Below, piece by piece: positions 30,136 to 46,437 of a stretch of DNA of 64,000 nucleotides. This DNA is from the human T2T-CHM13v2.0 reference genome, Homo sapiens. Both the position numbers and the translations under genes were made by a program. Positions within the stretch are counted from its first letter, which is position 1. Each line of letters starts with the position of its first letter. The stretch lies in assembly GCF_009914755.1 (NCBI RefSeq), contig NC_060935.1; one strand, 5' to 3'. The notes under the pieces were generated by a model. That model was not told the origin of the DNA. It saw only the letters and a list, made by a program, of their open reading frames with translations, and did not search any database.

Positions 30136-31056
30136 CATCTCTGTTTTCCAACATAGTAAACAAATTTAACAACCTTGTACCTCTTTCTATGTAAGCATCT
30201 TTCTATTCTTAGGGGAGAATCCCATGTCTCTATTATGAGACAACTATTATGAGACAATTCACATACAATTCTCAGAGCATGGAATATGGCGGGCAGCAGG
30301 GGCCATGACTTTGAGCTGGATCAGAAGAGGGTGCTTTGTTATTTACTCTGCAAATTCCCTTTCCTGCTTTTTACTCTGGGAAATTTGTATTATGAATAAA
30401 ACTCTATTTTGCTTTATTTATTTCACTTCTGTTGCATCAGTAAAATCCACACCTGTTTGTTCTGGCATTGAGAGCAGCTGTCTGGTCTGCAGTAATATTT
30501 CCCACCTGGGTGGCTGAGCTGTCTCTCAGTGGCAGACACCCTTGTCAGCGTTGGTGGAAAAAGAGTTGCTTGGCTAATTTGGGTGCTTCCCTTTGGGCTT
30601 AGTGAAACAGGACAAAACAGGAAGTGTTTGATTCCCAAATTCGTGCCATGAGAAGTTTCCCAAGACACACTGGGTGAGAACAGAGCCAAAGAGAAGGTGG
30701 TGTGTGATACAAAGAGACGACAATAATGGTTGTGAAATATAGGGTAGACAGCAGAATATATTCCAAGGGATTTTGATTGTGTCATGGTAACCATGTGAGC
30801 AAAGCCTCTGTGGTTTATAAAATGGCTAATACCTGATATATGTGAATAAATTGAGATATTATTTTCCTATATTAGACTCTTTGTAGTTGTATCACTGTTA
30901 TATCAAACACACTGTGTATATATGTACATATACATACATATGTACCCACAGACATATTGATTGGAGTTGCAATAATACTAAGGGACTCAGCAGTCGAGTT
31001 TTCCCAGCATTGTGTTAGCGTTGAGGAAAAAACCCATCTCTTAAAGAGTGAGGGGA

Positions 31057-31341
31057 GGCCCAGCGCGGTGGCTTATGCCTGTAATTCCAGCACTTTGGGA
31101 GGCCGAGGCAGGCGGATCATGAGGTCAGGAGATCGAGACCATCCTGGCTAACACAATGAAACCCCATCTCTACTAAAAATACAAAAAATAGCTGGGCGTG
31201 GTGGCGGGCGCCTGTAGTCCCAGCTACTTGGGAGGCTGAGGCAGGAGAATGGCGTGAACCCGGGAGGCAGGGCTTGCAGTGAGCCGAGATAGTGCCACTG
31301 GGTGACAGAACAAGACTCCTTCTCCAAAAAAAAAAAAAAAA
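31057..31341 (+). mobile_element. AluY with a 12-bp right-arm deletion
   Basis: AluY diagnostics. 'gccactg|ggtgacag' lacks cactccagcctg. Perfect TSD AAAGAGTGAGGGGA at 31043-31056 and 31339-31352. Confidence 0.96.
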
Positions 31342-32149
31342 GAGTGAGGGGAAACAGGAAGGTTTTTGAGGTAATACGCTGTTTAAACAGAGGTTTCTGT
31401 GGTTGGATAGATGGCACTGAAGGAGATGTGACAAAGAAACAGTGGTAAATAGGTTCTAGAGTTGGAGAAAGTCAGGACCCCAGGATGTAATGAAAGCTGA
31501 GCTTTATACATAGTTTCCTATTTTCTTGACCTAGTTGAGAACCTCTTGAAACTTTCTATTTAGTCGTTAGTTTCTCTGCCCAGGTATATTTCAGACCCTC
31601 AGTTTAACCTCAGGCACATGACCTTACATAGTTTGTTGATAAATCTTTGTAATTACTGCCCTTTATTTGACAGGTTGTTGTATTCAAATTGCTTGGTCAA
31701 TTTTTAAATATTTCAAGAACTTTGAGGTAATCAGTTTGCCTAAAACGCTAATATATTAGTTTTGCTTTTTTTTTTTTTTTTTTTTTTTTCAAATAGTCAA
31801 CAGAAAACAAAGTTGGAATGAGCTTCCTAAAGAAAAGCTAATTTTCTGCACTGGAAGTAATTGAATTTAAAAAAAAAAAGTAACATTCAAAATATCAGAA
31901 TATTCACATGATTCAAGCATTGAGTAGAAAGTTAGATTAAATATCCTTTAAAAGTTATACCAAAAGTGGTAGTCTGTTATCCACTTGCAAGTTAATGTGG
32001 AAAGAACAGGAATTTTAGACTCAAACAGATCAAAATTGAAACTTCCCCTCTGCTATTAATGGGAAAAAATAGCAGGACTTGGAGAGTGATTCAATATGGA
32101 AAGGCACCAAGGACTGTGCTTCAGTTTCTAATTTGGGAGCTAGGTGGCA

Positions 32150-32930
32150 ATTAGACATTACAAATTCAGCATGTTCAACATAGGAATCCTGGTCTTCTCT
32201 CCACAGTTTGCTCTAGACTCAGTTTTTGTCATCTAAGCTGAAGTCAAATCTATCTTTCTAGTTGCTTAAGTCAAAATACCTGGAAGTCATTTTGACTCCT
32301 CTCCTTTTTCTACATCCTGTATCTAATAAATCAAGTAATTCTTCTACCACTACTTTCAAAATAGATCCATAATCCAACTATTTCAATAGACACCTCTATT
32401 GGTACCACTATGATTTTAGCCATTTTCAGCTCTCCCAAGGATACTGAAATGGCCTCATAACAGATCTCTCTGCTCCTACATTTGATTTGTGCAATTTAAT
32501 CTCAAGCCAGCAGCCAGATTATTGTAAAATTTAAAACAACTCATGTGACTCTTTTCTAACTCTTGCAAAGGCTCTGTATTAAACTGTAGTAAAACCCAAA
32601 GTACTTAAGAAGGTCCTGCCCCCCACCAAGCTCTGTAAACCTCTCCTACTGCTTGTTTACCTTGCCACCTTGTTTACCATGCCACACATCACAGTAGCCT
32701 CCTTTGTATTTGCTAAATGCATCAGGCATGTTCAACAGCAGACTTGGTTACAGCTTTTCCTCTGCTCAACTATTCCTTCCCCCAACCCCTCCCAGATATC
32801 TACTCAGTAACTTTCCAACCTCTTTCAGATTTTTTCTCAGATTTAATCTTCTTAGTGAACCCTCAGTGAGGAATATTGCCACCCTCGCTATCCTCACCCC
32901 AACCAGACTACATCTTCAACACTCTTGATC
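32150..32930 (+). mobile_element. L2 remnant
   Basis: 'caaattcagcatgttcaa...gtcattttgactcctctc...tttcaaaatagatcc...cagcagccaga'. Confidence 0.7.
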
Positions 32931-33916
32931 ACTCTGCTTTTAAGCCCTTATTTTAATCATTGTTTTCTTTTTAACCCTTGTTTGTCAGTGCTATTACTTT
33001 ATTCTTTTATGATGGGGAATATTTTAATCAACTTTACTGAAGTATAATTTCCATTATATAAAACAAACATATGTTAAGTATACCATTTGAAGTTTTGAGA
33101 AATGTAGTTACTTGTGCACCCGTTGTCATAACCATGATAAGAACGTGTGGATCAACTAAGAAAGTTCCCAAATACCTCTAAGCAGTCAAACCTCACCCCT
33201 ATTCATGGCAACTATTTATTACTTATTTGGTCTCTATTCGTTTCATCCATCCTAGATTTTTGTATAAATTGAATCATACACCATATTTATTTTGTGTCTG
33301 TGTTATTTCAATCAGCATAAATTTTTGAGATGTATCTGTGTTCTCACATGTATCAGTTGTTTGATACTTGTTATTGCTAGTTATATTCTATCGTATTAAT
33401 TTTCCACAATTTGTTTTTCCATTTACTTGAAATTTTTCATTTCCATTGAATTAGCATTCTGGTTGTTTCTAGTTCTAAACTATTATGAATAAAGTTGCTG
33501 TGGACAATTTTGTGAGGTCTTAATGTGGATATAAGATTTCATTTCTCTTGAGTAAGTATTGAGAGGTAGTATTGATAAGTTATATGGGAAAAGTGTAGCT
33601 AATGTTACCAAAAAATGCCATATTATTTTTGGAAGTCATTGAGTAAATTTTCACCCTCATCAGCAATGTATGAGTATTGGTTGTTTTACATCTTTAACAA
33701 CACTTGGTATTGCTAATATTTTTAATTCTAAGCATTCTAGTGAGTATGAGACACTACCTTATAGTGGGTTTAATTTGTATTTCATAGTCATTAACTATGT
33801 TGTGCTTCTTTTCAGGGAATTAATGTCCATTTTACACTGTTTTTGTGACGTATCTTTCAAATATTTTGTGCATTTTTTGTGTTGTCTATCTTCATATTAT
33901 TAAATAGTAAAAGTGT

Positions 33917-34363
33917 TGTGATGGTTAATACTGAGTGTCAACTTGATTGGATTGAAAGATACAAAGTATTGATCCTGGGTGTGTCTGGGAGGGTGTTGCA
34001 AAAGAGTTTAACATTTGAGTCAGTGGGCTGGGAAAGGCAGACCCATCCTTAACTTGGGTGGGCACCTTCTAATCACCTGTCAGCCCGGCCAGCATATAAG
34101 CAGGCAGAAAAATGTGAAAAGAGAGACTGGCCTAGCCTCCCAGCCTACATCTTTCTCCTGCACTGGATGCTTCCTACCCTCAAACATTGGGCTCCAAGTT
34201 CTTCAGTTTTAAAACTCAGACTGGCTGTCCTTGCTCCTCAGCCTGCAGACGACCTATTGTGGAATCTTGTGATTGTGTGAATTAATACTTAATAAACTCC
34301 CCTTCGTGTGTATATATATATATTCCATTAGTTCTGTCTCTCTAGAGAACCCTGACTAATACA
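33917..34363 (+). mobile_element. MLT2A (ERVL) solo LTR
   Basis: Termini 'tgtgatggttaatactgagtgtcaacttgattggattg' and 'ctagagaaccctgactaataca'. Internal (TA)n. Confidence 0.95.
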
Positions 34364-34983
34364 GGTACTTTATATATTTGTGTACCAGTGTTTAATCACT
34401 GGTATACAAATATGTGTCCACATAAGTATATATATCATGTATTATAGATGGAAAACATTTTGTCCCAGTCTATGGCTTGCTTTTTTTTCTCTCCTCAAGG
34501 ATGTCATTTGAGGGGCAGAAATTTTTAACTTTAATGGAATTCAATGTATCCTTTTTAAAAATAGTTAATGCTTTCTGTTTCATCTTTTAAAAAAATCTTT
34601 GCCTAACACAAGTTGTAAAGATTTTCTCTTATATTCTCTTCGAAAGATGTATAATTTTAACTTTTATATTTAGGTGTATGTTACTTTTAAAGTTAAGTTT
34701 TGTGCAGAATGTGAGACAGGGATCCAAGTTTGTTTTTCATACAAGTATCAGTTTGACAGCATGATTTGTTGAAAAAACTATACTTTCACCATTAAAATTT
34801 GTTAGCACCTTTGTCAATCAATTGACCCTGTATGTGTGGATTTATTCTTAGATTCCTTATTTTTTTTTCCACTGATTCAGCTTTACACCCATGTAAGACT
34901 GTCTTGATGGCCTTAAAATCACAGCTTAACTTCCCTTTCTTTCTTTCTTTTTCAAAATTTTGTTAGCTATTGTGAAGTCTATA

Positions 34984-35225
34984 AGCTATACTTTTCCCAT
35001 ATAACTTACCAATACTACCCCTCGATACTTACTCAAGAGAAATGAAAACTTATATCCACATTAAGACCTCTACAAAATTGTCCACAGCAACTTTAATCAT
35101 AATAGTTTTGAACTAGAAACAACCAGAATGCTAATTCAATGGAAATGAAAAATTTCAAGTAAATGGAAAAAACAAATTGTGGAAAATTAATACAATAGAA
35201 TATAATTAGCAATAACAAGTATCAA
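34984..35225 (+). repeat. Inverted duplicate of 33361-33600
   Basis: Manual alignment shows 11 differences in ~242 nt (~95%). Flanked by direct repeat TGAAGTCTATAAG. Confidence 0.95.
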
Positions 35226-35794
35226 GTTGAAGTCTATAAGAGAAATTAACAAATTCGTTTATACATTTTAGAAGTTGGTTGTATTCCTCAGAATTTTCTA
35301 CAGCGTTAATCATGTAATATATGAATAGAGACTGATGTACATCTTCCTGTCCTAACAATGCTTTTCTACTTCTTTTTCCTATTTTATTACATTTCCAGTA
35401 AAATGTTTAATAAAAATGGTAAAATATTTAATAAAAATGGTGACAATAATTCTCCATTATTCAATTCTTCATTATTGAGTGTATTACCTGTTGTTATTTC
35501 TTTAAATGCTGTTTATCAATTTAAATACGTTTCTGTTTCTAGTTTGCTTAAAGTTTTTATCATGAATGGGTATTGAATTGGAGACGATTATTTGAATATA
35601 ATAGTTCTGTTATGGCAGTTAATTGCATTGAGTGATTTTAGAATATTGAATGAACCTCGGGTTGTTGAGATCAATTGCACCAAGTCATGATGCATGCTCC
35701 TTTTATATTTATGTTTATTTTATGGTCCAGCATATGGCTTATCTCAATGAACATTCCCTATAAGATTAAAATGTTTTAGTTTTTGTGTTTAATC

Positions 35795-36104
35795 TTTTTT
35801 TTTTTTTTTTTTTTTTTTTTTGAGACGGAGTCTCGCTCTGCTGCCCAGGCTGGAGTACAGTGGCACGATCTCGGCTCACTGAAACCTCTGCCTCAGAGGT
35901 TCCAGTGATTCTCCTGCCTCAGCTTCCCAAGTAGCTGGGATTACAGGCACCCACCACCATGCCTGGCTAATTGTTGTATTTTTAGTAGAGACAGGGTTTC
36001 ACCATGTTAATCCGGCTGGTGTGTGGAACTCCTGACGTCAGGTGATCCGCAGGTCTCGGCCTCCCAAAGTGCTGGGATTACAGGCATGAGCCACCGTGCC
36101 CGGC
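35795..36104 (-). mobile_element. AluSx-like
   Basis: Long T tract plus antisense dimer. Perfect TSD GTGTTTAATCTTTT at 35785-35798 and 36105-36118. Confidence 0.96.
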
Positions 36105-37124
36105 GTGTTTAATCTTTTATAAATAGTCACGTTACTGAGAGTGTTGTTTAAATATTTTACATCTTTACTGATTTTTTTATCTACTTTTTCATTAAATACT
36201 AAAAGAAGGGTGCTAAAATCTTCATCTATGTTTGTAGATTTATCTAGTTCTCTCATTAAGCCTGTGAAATTTACTTGATAATTGTAATGGGGTGTATTCC
36301 TATTTTGAATTGTTTTGTCTTTTTGATAAATTTATTTATCATTATAAAATGTCCTTTTTTAATCTCTTGTGCTAATCTTCATTTTATAATCTACTGCTGG
36401 TATTAATAGAAACACCATGCCAGTTCTTTTTTAATGTATCTATGCCATTATATTTTAAGTGGATCTGTCATAGACAGCATATAGTTCAGTCTTGCTCTTT
36501 TATTACATCTGACTTTTTTCATTTTATTTATTCTTAGTCCATTTACATTTGATGTAACCATCAACATCGTAGTGCTTAAGTTGCCATGTTGGTACTTATT
36601 TTTCACTTGTCCCTTCATATTTCTTCTTATTTTTTTGCCCCTTCTTGACTTCCTTAGGTTAATCAATTTTTTGTTTGTTTTTCGTTTCATTTTCTGTACT
36701 TGTTTTGGTGTTTCCTCATTTTATTATTTGCCTTGGGGCTCACAGTTTGCATTCCTAACTTACTGAAGGCCATTCAGAGTAAATATTATTTACCACTTCA
36801 CATTTCACACTTTACACTTGACACTGTATGATTTCCACTTATTACTGCACACTTCCCACTTAAATAGTATACTTCTATTTATCCACTACACTTCATTTTT
36901 GATATATTGAAGTTATATCTTTTCCTTCTCTATCTGTTACAAAATCTGTCTTACCAATATTGTTCTTTCTGCTTTAAACAATCACCTTTTAAATAGATTA
37001 CTAGGACAAAATGTCATTTACATCGACTTGCTTGTCATGTTCTGTGTTCTTCATTTCTTCCTATAGATCTAATTCTCTTACTAGTAACTATTTTCCATGG
37101 TTACTGATAAAAAATCAGTAATCT

Positions 37125-39800
37125 CTGGGTCTGTAGTTTTCTCATGTTTTATCTGGTTTTGGTATTAGGGGAATGCTGGCTTCATAGAATGAGTTAGGAA
37201 ACATTCCCTCTTCTTCTCTCTCTGAAAGAGATTGTAGAGAATTAGTGTAATTTATTCCTTAATATTCAGTATAGAATTTATCGGTGAACCCATCTAGGCT
37301 TGGTGCTTTTTGTCTGGTAGATTGTTAAGGATTGATTCAATTACTTTAATACATATATAGTCCTATTTAAACTATTTCTTTTTGTGTGAGTTTTGGCAGA
37401 TTGAGTCTTTCTAGAAATTGTTCCATTTCATATAAGTTACCAAATTTGTGAGCATAAAGCTGTTCATGTTATTCATTTATTATCTTTTCAATGTCCATGG
37501 AATCTTTCAGGATATTCCACGTTTTATTTCTAATAATTAGTAATTTGTATTCTCTCTGTTTTTTTTAGTTAGCTTGGATAGAGGCTTATCAATTTTATTT
37601 ATCTTTTCAAAGAACCAGCTTTTGGTTTTGTTGGTTTTCCTTTATTGATTTCCCATTTTCAATTTCATTGATTTCTGTACTATTTTTTATTATTTATTTT
37701 GTTCTTGACCCTTTTATTATCATTTTGTATCCCTCTGTATCCCTGATAACTTTGTTTTCCTTATTCTAAAATTTTGATTTTTAGTATTAATATTTCTGAA
37801 ATTAATATAGCCACTCCCGGTTTTTGAATTAGTGTTAGCATGGCATATCTTTATCAATTTACTTTTAATATATATGTGCCTTTATATTTAAACTGGGTTT
37901 CTTGTAGATAACATATTATTGTGTTTTCTTTTTTGATCCACTTTGAGAATTTCTGTTTTTTATTCATTTATTAAACCATTACTGTTCAAAGTGATTATTG
38001 ATATAATTTGATTAATATCTACCATATTTGCTACTGTTTTTCATTTGTTGCTCTTTTTCTTTGTTCCTATGTTTGTCTTTCACTCTTATTCTGCCTTTGG
38101 TGATTTTAATTGAGAATTTTGTTATTGTTGTTGTTGTTTCAATTATTTTTCTTTTTGCTTTTCATGTTTGGAGGTTTCTATTCAGATATCCTCAAGCTCA
38201 GAAAGTCTTCCTCAGTTGCGTCCAATCTACTAGCAAGACCATCAGTGGTAGTCTTCATTTCTGTTACAGCATTTTTTTTTCTCTAGCATCTCTTTTTGGT
38301 TCTTAGAATCTTTATAACATCTCTCTGCTTACATTGCCCATCTGTTATTGAATGCTGTGTACTTGATTCATTAGAAACCTTATCATATTAATGAAAGCTT
38401 TTTTAAATTTCCAATTTGATGATTGCAATATTCCTGATATCTCTGAGGCTGCTTCTGATGCTTGTTCTGTCTCTTGAAGCTCTGTGTGTTTTTGTGTTAT
38501 TGTTGTTGGTAGTGGTTGTTTTTCTTTTGGCATTTAGTATGTCTTGGAATCCTTTTTGACTGTCAGACATGATGTACTGGGTAATAGGAACTGCTATGAA
38601 TAGGTCTTTATTAATGTGGTGATAAAGTATGGGGAAGAGGAAGCACTATATAGTTCTGTAGTTAGGCCTCAGTCTTTTGGTAAGCCTGTGCCCCTGAACT
38701 ATGAGCTTCACAAGGGCTTAGTTTTTTTCACTCCATAGTTGGGACAGAATAGGTAGAATGAACTGAAATGGGTATTTTTCTGCTTCTAAGTAGAATGAAA
38801 AAGCCACCTGGAATTGAGTACTTCTCTTCCTCCAAGTCAGTTCCGGTCTGATAAAACCCAGCAGGTCCGGCTCTCATTAAATATTGTCTCCTGAGTTCAG
38901 ACCTCGCTAACAACAAGATGTTCTGGCATATTTTAAAATGGTTCCTTTTCTTCTCTCCCTGGCAGAAACAGGAGATTTTTCTCCAGTATGTACTGAAAAA
39001 TATTCGTCAAGCTTCTGAAAGTAAAACAAAAGAGCAGGAGTCTGCTTATGACTGGGTCTCCCTGGAGTTTTTCCCCACTCAGTCGCTTCCACAGTGAGCC
39101 TCCAGCAGTTTGTCAATGACAGTTTAGGTTTTCCTACCTCACCTGGGCACTGTTTTCTGCAAAGGTTTCTACTTGTGAGTTTCTACTCTGGTAAGTTGGG
39201 ATTCTCTGGACTCATCTGTCTCTCCAGTTTGGAAGGCAGCAATTTTCCCTGTGACCTCACTTATCTTCCATATCTAAGAACAGTTTTTGATTTTCAGTTT
39301 GTTCAGCATTTCGCTTGTTGTTTGGACAGAGTGGCAACCTCTAAGATCCTTACGCGGCTGACCAGAAACCATTAACAATCATTTGTACCGTTTTTCCCCT
39401 TTGTGCAGTTTTGTTGTATTTTTGTTGTTGTTTTTCTGCTGCTTCTGTAATTTTATTTTTTCGGTAATTTTTTGTTTTCGGTAGTTTGAGTATAATTTCC
39501 CTAGAAACAGCCTTCTTGTATTTATCCTGGGCAGAGGGAGAGTCCAAAGTCCGTGGCAGGTTTTCTGTGAGTTCTTGGCTATGGGTTCACCCACACTTCA
39601 GCTCCCTCCCTCCTCTCCAGTGTCCTGCCTGCAGACTTTATCCACTTCAGTTGCCCTCACATTGATTTCTGTCTCCTTATGTGAATAGTACTTCTACACT
39701 CTGTTTTGATTCTACGTTACTAAGCCACAATAAGAAACATTCCTGAGGCAGAGATTCTGGGTAATAAGGAGACTCTGTAGTTAGTTTCTCTGCTCTCAGA
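37125..39800 (-). mobile_element. Old L1M ORF2/ORF1/5'-region remnants (probably several fragments)
   Basis: 'ggttttggtattaggg..atgctggcttcatagaatgagttagg', 'ttttcaaagaaccagctttt'. ORF1-like ISREIILKL at 39350-39547. Confidence 0.75.
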
Positions 39801-39808
39801 GTTCACAG

Positions 39809-42217
<2,409 letters not shown>

Positions 42218-42329
42218 TAATGTCTGAACACATTTTCTCATAAATATTGTTCTCTTTTACTTTGGAGGTGAATTTGTTACCAATTATTTTACCATAGTCA
42301 GGAACAAAAACTCCTCTCCCATCCTGGCA

Positions 42330-42530
42330 CTAGTTTTAATGTATATGGCACCTATCACCATCCATCCTATGCAGTTGACTTAATTACTGTATTTATTGTA
42401 TAATGTCTTTATCTAGGTATTACAGTACCTACAGGAGAGCAGGTCTTTTTGTTTTATTCACTGATGCATCCTAAGTGCCCAGCACAGTGTGGGACATGTC
42501 TCCCAAGTAAGCACTCACTTGTTGAACAAG
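42330..42530 (+). mobile_element. L2 3' end
   Basis: 'tttgttttattcactgatgcatcctaagtgcccagcacagtg...gcactca..tgttgaa'. Confidence 0.7.
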
Positions 42531-44162
42531 TGTCCCAGTGATGATGTAGATGTGAAATGCATTATCCAGTGCCCCTGAAATCATTCAAATTACCCAGTGC
42601 TATAGCCAGAAAAAGTTCTAATTGTTCAATTCAATTCTATCAGGCAAAATGCTTTGGCTATTCTAAGAGTTGGAGCAGACACCATAATAATAGCTAAAAT
42701 ATTTGTATATTAAAACAGTATACATCACTTTGTTTTTTCTATCATGTTGTCTCTGGAGATTTCCTAATGAGAACTGAAATTAGAATAAATGTGGGTTAAA
42801 CTAAAGTTTATAGATCTTGCCACTAGTAGACCACATATGTTATATGTCTGAAAGCATATATATTCTTTTTGAAAAAATAATGTAATTCAAATAATCATTT
42901 CTGATAAAGATACCCAGGGTTTTATGCTTGTAGGAGGCCAATATTGGCTCTCAAAGATGTAATAAGTTATTTTATTTTCTCCAAAGCTTTCATGGCCATT
43001 TTTGGATCTGTGTATAAATATATAACATATGTATATGCTGCATATCCGAAGTCATTATTGTAGGTCCTTAGAAGAGTAATCCACAGTATAATAGAGAGAT
43101 AAAGGACTAAAATATTATATCTTAATAAATAAAAGCAACTTACTCCACTTCTGGAAAATAGAAACAACAATAACATGTATAACACTTTAGCTATATGATA
43201 TAGCCTGTAAGAAGATTTAAAAAATATATATATAAAACCTAACTTTTATCCACATTCTATATAGTTGATATTAAATCTCACTTTATGGGTGAGAAAACAG
43301 GTGTATCTTCTGTAAAGTTACCTATATCCTAGGTAGTCAAGAAAGGATTTGAGTTTAGGTCTATTAAGGCCCTGTACCTCCATGTTTCCTGAGTTAAAGC
43401 CATTTAAAAACCATGAAAAATTGTAGGCTCATTTTTTAAAAAACTAAATTATTTCCTATAATCACCAACAGTACATACTGAGGAATTTGTTACTAAACCA
43501 AAATGACCACCTTCCTTCAGACAGCACATGCAATTTAGGGAGAGATGTGTAAACATTAGCAGTTTAGAAATTTCTAAGGTAGTTATAAGTGGAAGCTTCA
43601 TGACAAAATATTCTCAAACTATATTAATTGCAAGAATATTTAGAGTAAAAAGATAAATATGCATCATAAAGCAATTTTAAAGATTAGGATTATTATATAA
43701 TTGTTTTAATCACAAATGATTTGAAGTGATTTTCTGTCCTCCCCTGGAATCTTCTTCGGCAATTTCAAGAACCATCTTTCTCCGTACTTCCTTAGGTGAT
43801 GAAGTATGTATTTACTTAAGAATCATCCTGAAGAAACAAAGATTCACTTACTTTTTATCTACTTAACATTGCCAATACTGCATTTATCAGTTCTATTTCA
43901 CCATGGAAAGCAACTGTTACAAGAGACTGGTTTAACTGAAATTTAGAAGAATTGTAGTTCCTGTAGTTTTTTCTTTCTTTCTTTGTTTTTTTTGGCAAGA
44001 CACCAGAATATCTTATTTTAGCTTTAGGAATGGCTGTTAACTTACTCAAATTTAATCATTTGACACGCTAACTTTTTTTTTTATAGTCCCTGAAATAAGA
44101 ATGAACAAAACAGCTCTTCTTTCCATAATTGCCTTGTAATTACTTTGTTAGCTTTAGGCATT

Positions 44163-44274
44163 TACATTTCATCAACTACAGAAGTAATTACATAATCCTC
44201 CTTGTCCCTTAAATTCTATACATTTCATCAACTACAGAAGTAATTACATAATCCTGCATGTCCCTTAAATTCTA
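44163..44274. repeat. 56-bp tandem duplication (2 copies, 2 mismatches)
   Basis: tacatttcatcaactacagaagtaattacataatcct(cct/gca)tgtcccttaaattcta x2. Confidence 0.95.
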
Positions 44275-44641
44275 TTTGTTTTGTTTGGCTTCTTTTGTTA
44301 CAACTTAATCTCAAAGCCATTGCACATACAGACAGTGAGTGAGAGAGAGAGAGGGAGAGAGAGAGACAGAGGACCATCCAATGCCATTTTTCCACTTAAT
44401 GAATCATTTCCTCTGTCAGCTTTTTGGTATTAATTTTCAAACAGTTTTCTTTCCCATCAGTTGGTCCATAAAACTAGTTCACAGTGGCAAGATTAGGACA
44501 ATTTTATCTTTCTGAGTTTTTTTTTGGGGGGGCTAGGTTAGTATAATGATATAGTCCAGATAGATTTATAGTATAAATCCTCTAGCTTAGTTTAGTATGG
44601 ATACTCTTGTTGCATTGGTCATGATCATCATTGTCTCAAAC

Positions 44642-44800
44642 TAGGGCTAGATTCTTAGGTGTGCTACCTGCATAATCTCACAGGGTTCTGTGCTTGCATT
44701 AATGCTCTACTATTGACATTTTGAAATTCTTAATAATTTTTGAGCACAGTCTATATTTTCATTTTTGTACGGGGCCTCAAAAATTATGTAGCCAGTTCTG
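44642..44800 (+). mobile_element. MER91A-like hAT MITE
   Basis: 'taatgctct...ttgaaattcttaataatttttga...ttttcatttt...aaattatgtagccagttctg'. Confidence 0.75.
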
Positions 44801-46437
44801 TCATAGACACACACACACATAACTAAATGTTATGCTATTTTGTTTATGTCATTAAGCTAAGCATTATTTAAATTGGATTTTTTAAAAACTCAAGCTGTGT
44901 TGCTCTTAAACCTATACTGTGGATTGATAAATAAATATTTCAAACAAACAAATGGCTTGCAACCTACAATCTCACCCTTGCTTGATAAATCAGTATTATA
45001 GGTCTAGTAGGAAGGATGAAAGGGAGAGAGGAAGGGAGAAAGGGAAGAGAGAAGGAGAGGATGGAAGAAAGGAAGGAAGAAAGGAAAGCTGGTTGCCTTT
45101 ATTTTGTCTAACATACTCATAGATAAGTGAAAAGAGTCAACAATATAAATGAACATGTTAGGCTTTTACACATAGCTTTAATGCTCACATCAAGTAAGTG
45201 GCCTGAGATATTTTTAAATTTTTATTCCAAGTCAGCCGGTAAAAAGCCTTTTCACATTAAGAGCTTTTTTCTATGTACTAATAATAATTTAGTGAATTAC
45301 AATCTCCATATCCTTTTAATGAGTTCCTTGTACTCATGTTGTATTATAGCAAACATTTACTTTGCATTTTTTTACTGTATTCAGTTATACTTATAGTGTT
45401 TCATAAGTGCTGACTGAGACATACAAGCAAATTTGTACATTTTTTTGATTGTTTTTCCCTTGTCTCTACCACTGTTCTTAGTACCTGTTCTGCATCTGAA
45501 ATGCATAACCCAATTTTCGTTTTTCACAAATTCTCTAAAATTTTCTAGTGCACGTAAGTGGGGATTATATTCACAACTTCTGGGAAATAAACTTCAAAGT
45601 ATGTGCATAATCTTGCTTGTGAGATAGAGATATATATATATATATATACACACACACATATATATGTATATATATCTTACAGAGGGAGCAGAGTGGGATC
45701 TATATAGGTATAATAATAACTGTACTATCTTTTCTTCTATATTTGCAAGATAGATTAAGTACGTTTCATTTATGTGCCTCAGATACCTTAAGGAGTTGGG
45801 AGATGATAGAAAGCTAAGACTAGTTTGGCTCATAAAATTTTAAGATATTCTATTGACTTGATGTTGCCTTTTACTAAAAAGGATGAAAAGTTATTATGCT
45901 ATGTCTTAAGGCTGACTTGAGAAGTTGAAAATTTGCCTGAAGCTTTCCTAGGGCAGGCCTTTTTTTCTGCATTATATTATCTTCTCCAATATCTTTCAAT
46001 TTCTAATCCTATTGTCGTAACAGACTATAATGATCTCTTTGGGAAATTCCAGCGTATGATTCTCTCTATTTCTCTCTTTCTATACAGACATCCTAACCTA
46101 TCACACACATATATATATATATATATGAGAGAGAAAAGTGGGGGTGGCAGCCATACCCTCTAAAAAACAATCATTAAAATTTTAAAATAATTAGTTTTGC
46201 CTGCAGGCAAGATAGAATAACAGAACTGGATTTCACTACTTTTATGAAAAAGAGAAAATAAAAACAGATAATATATACCACAATGAATTTTAAGTGAAGT
46301 TCAAGTAAGAGTGATCTCAGGATGTGGAAACGAAACAGGTGATTTATCTAGTTTATTGCCAAAAGGTAGTTTACAGGCATATAGCACAATGAGGAGGAAC
46401 CCAGGGGGAAAAATAGTTATATTTTTCTTCAATTTGA

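Larger units (their letters stand above)
33020..37080 (-). mobile_element. Old L1M (ME/MC-like) 3' UTR and ORF2 remnants with nested MLT2, Alu and an inverted self-copy
   Basis: T-rich antisense L1 pattern ('tattatgaataaagttgct', 'atttctcttgagtaa', 'atttgttgaaaa'). Confidence 0.75.

Noticed and set aside
30330-30600. Possible ancient LTR end (AATAAA, then GC-richer tail); similar candidates at ~4400-4700 and ~10080-10440
   Set aside because: Too degenerate to assign a family by eye.
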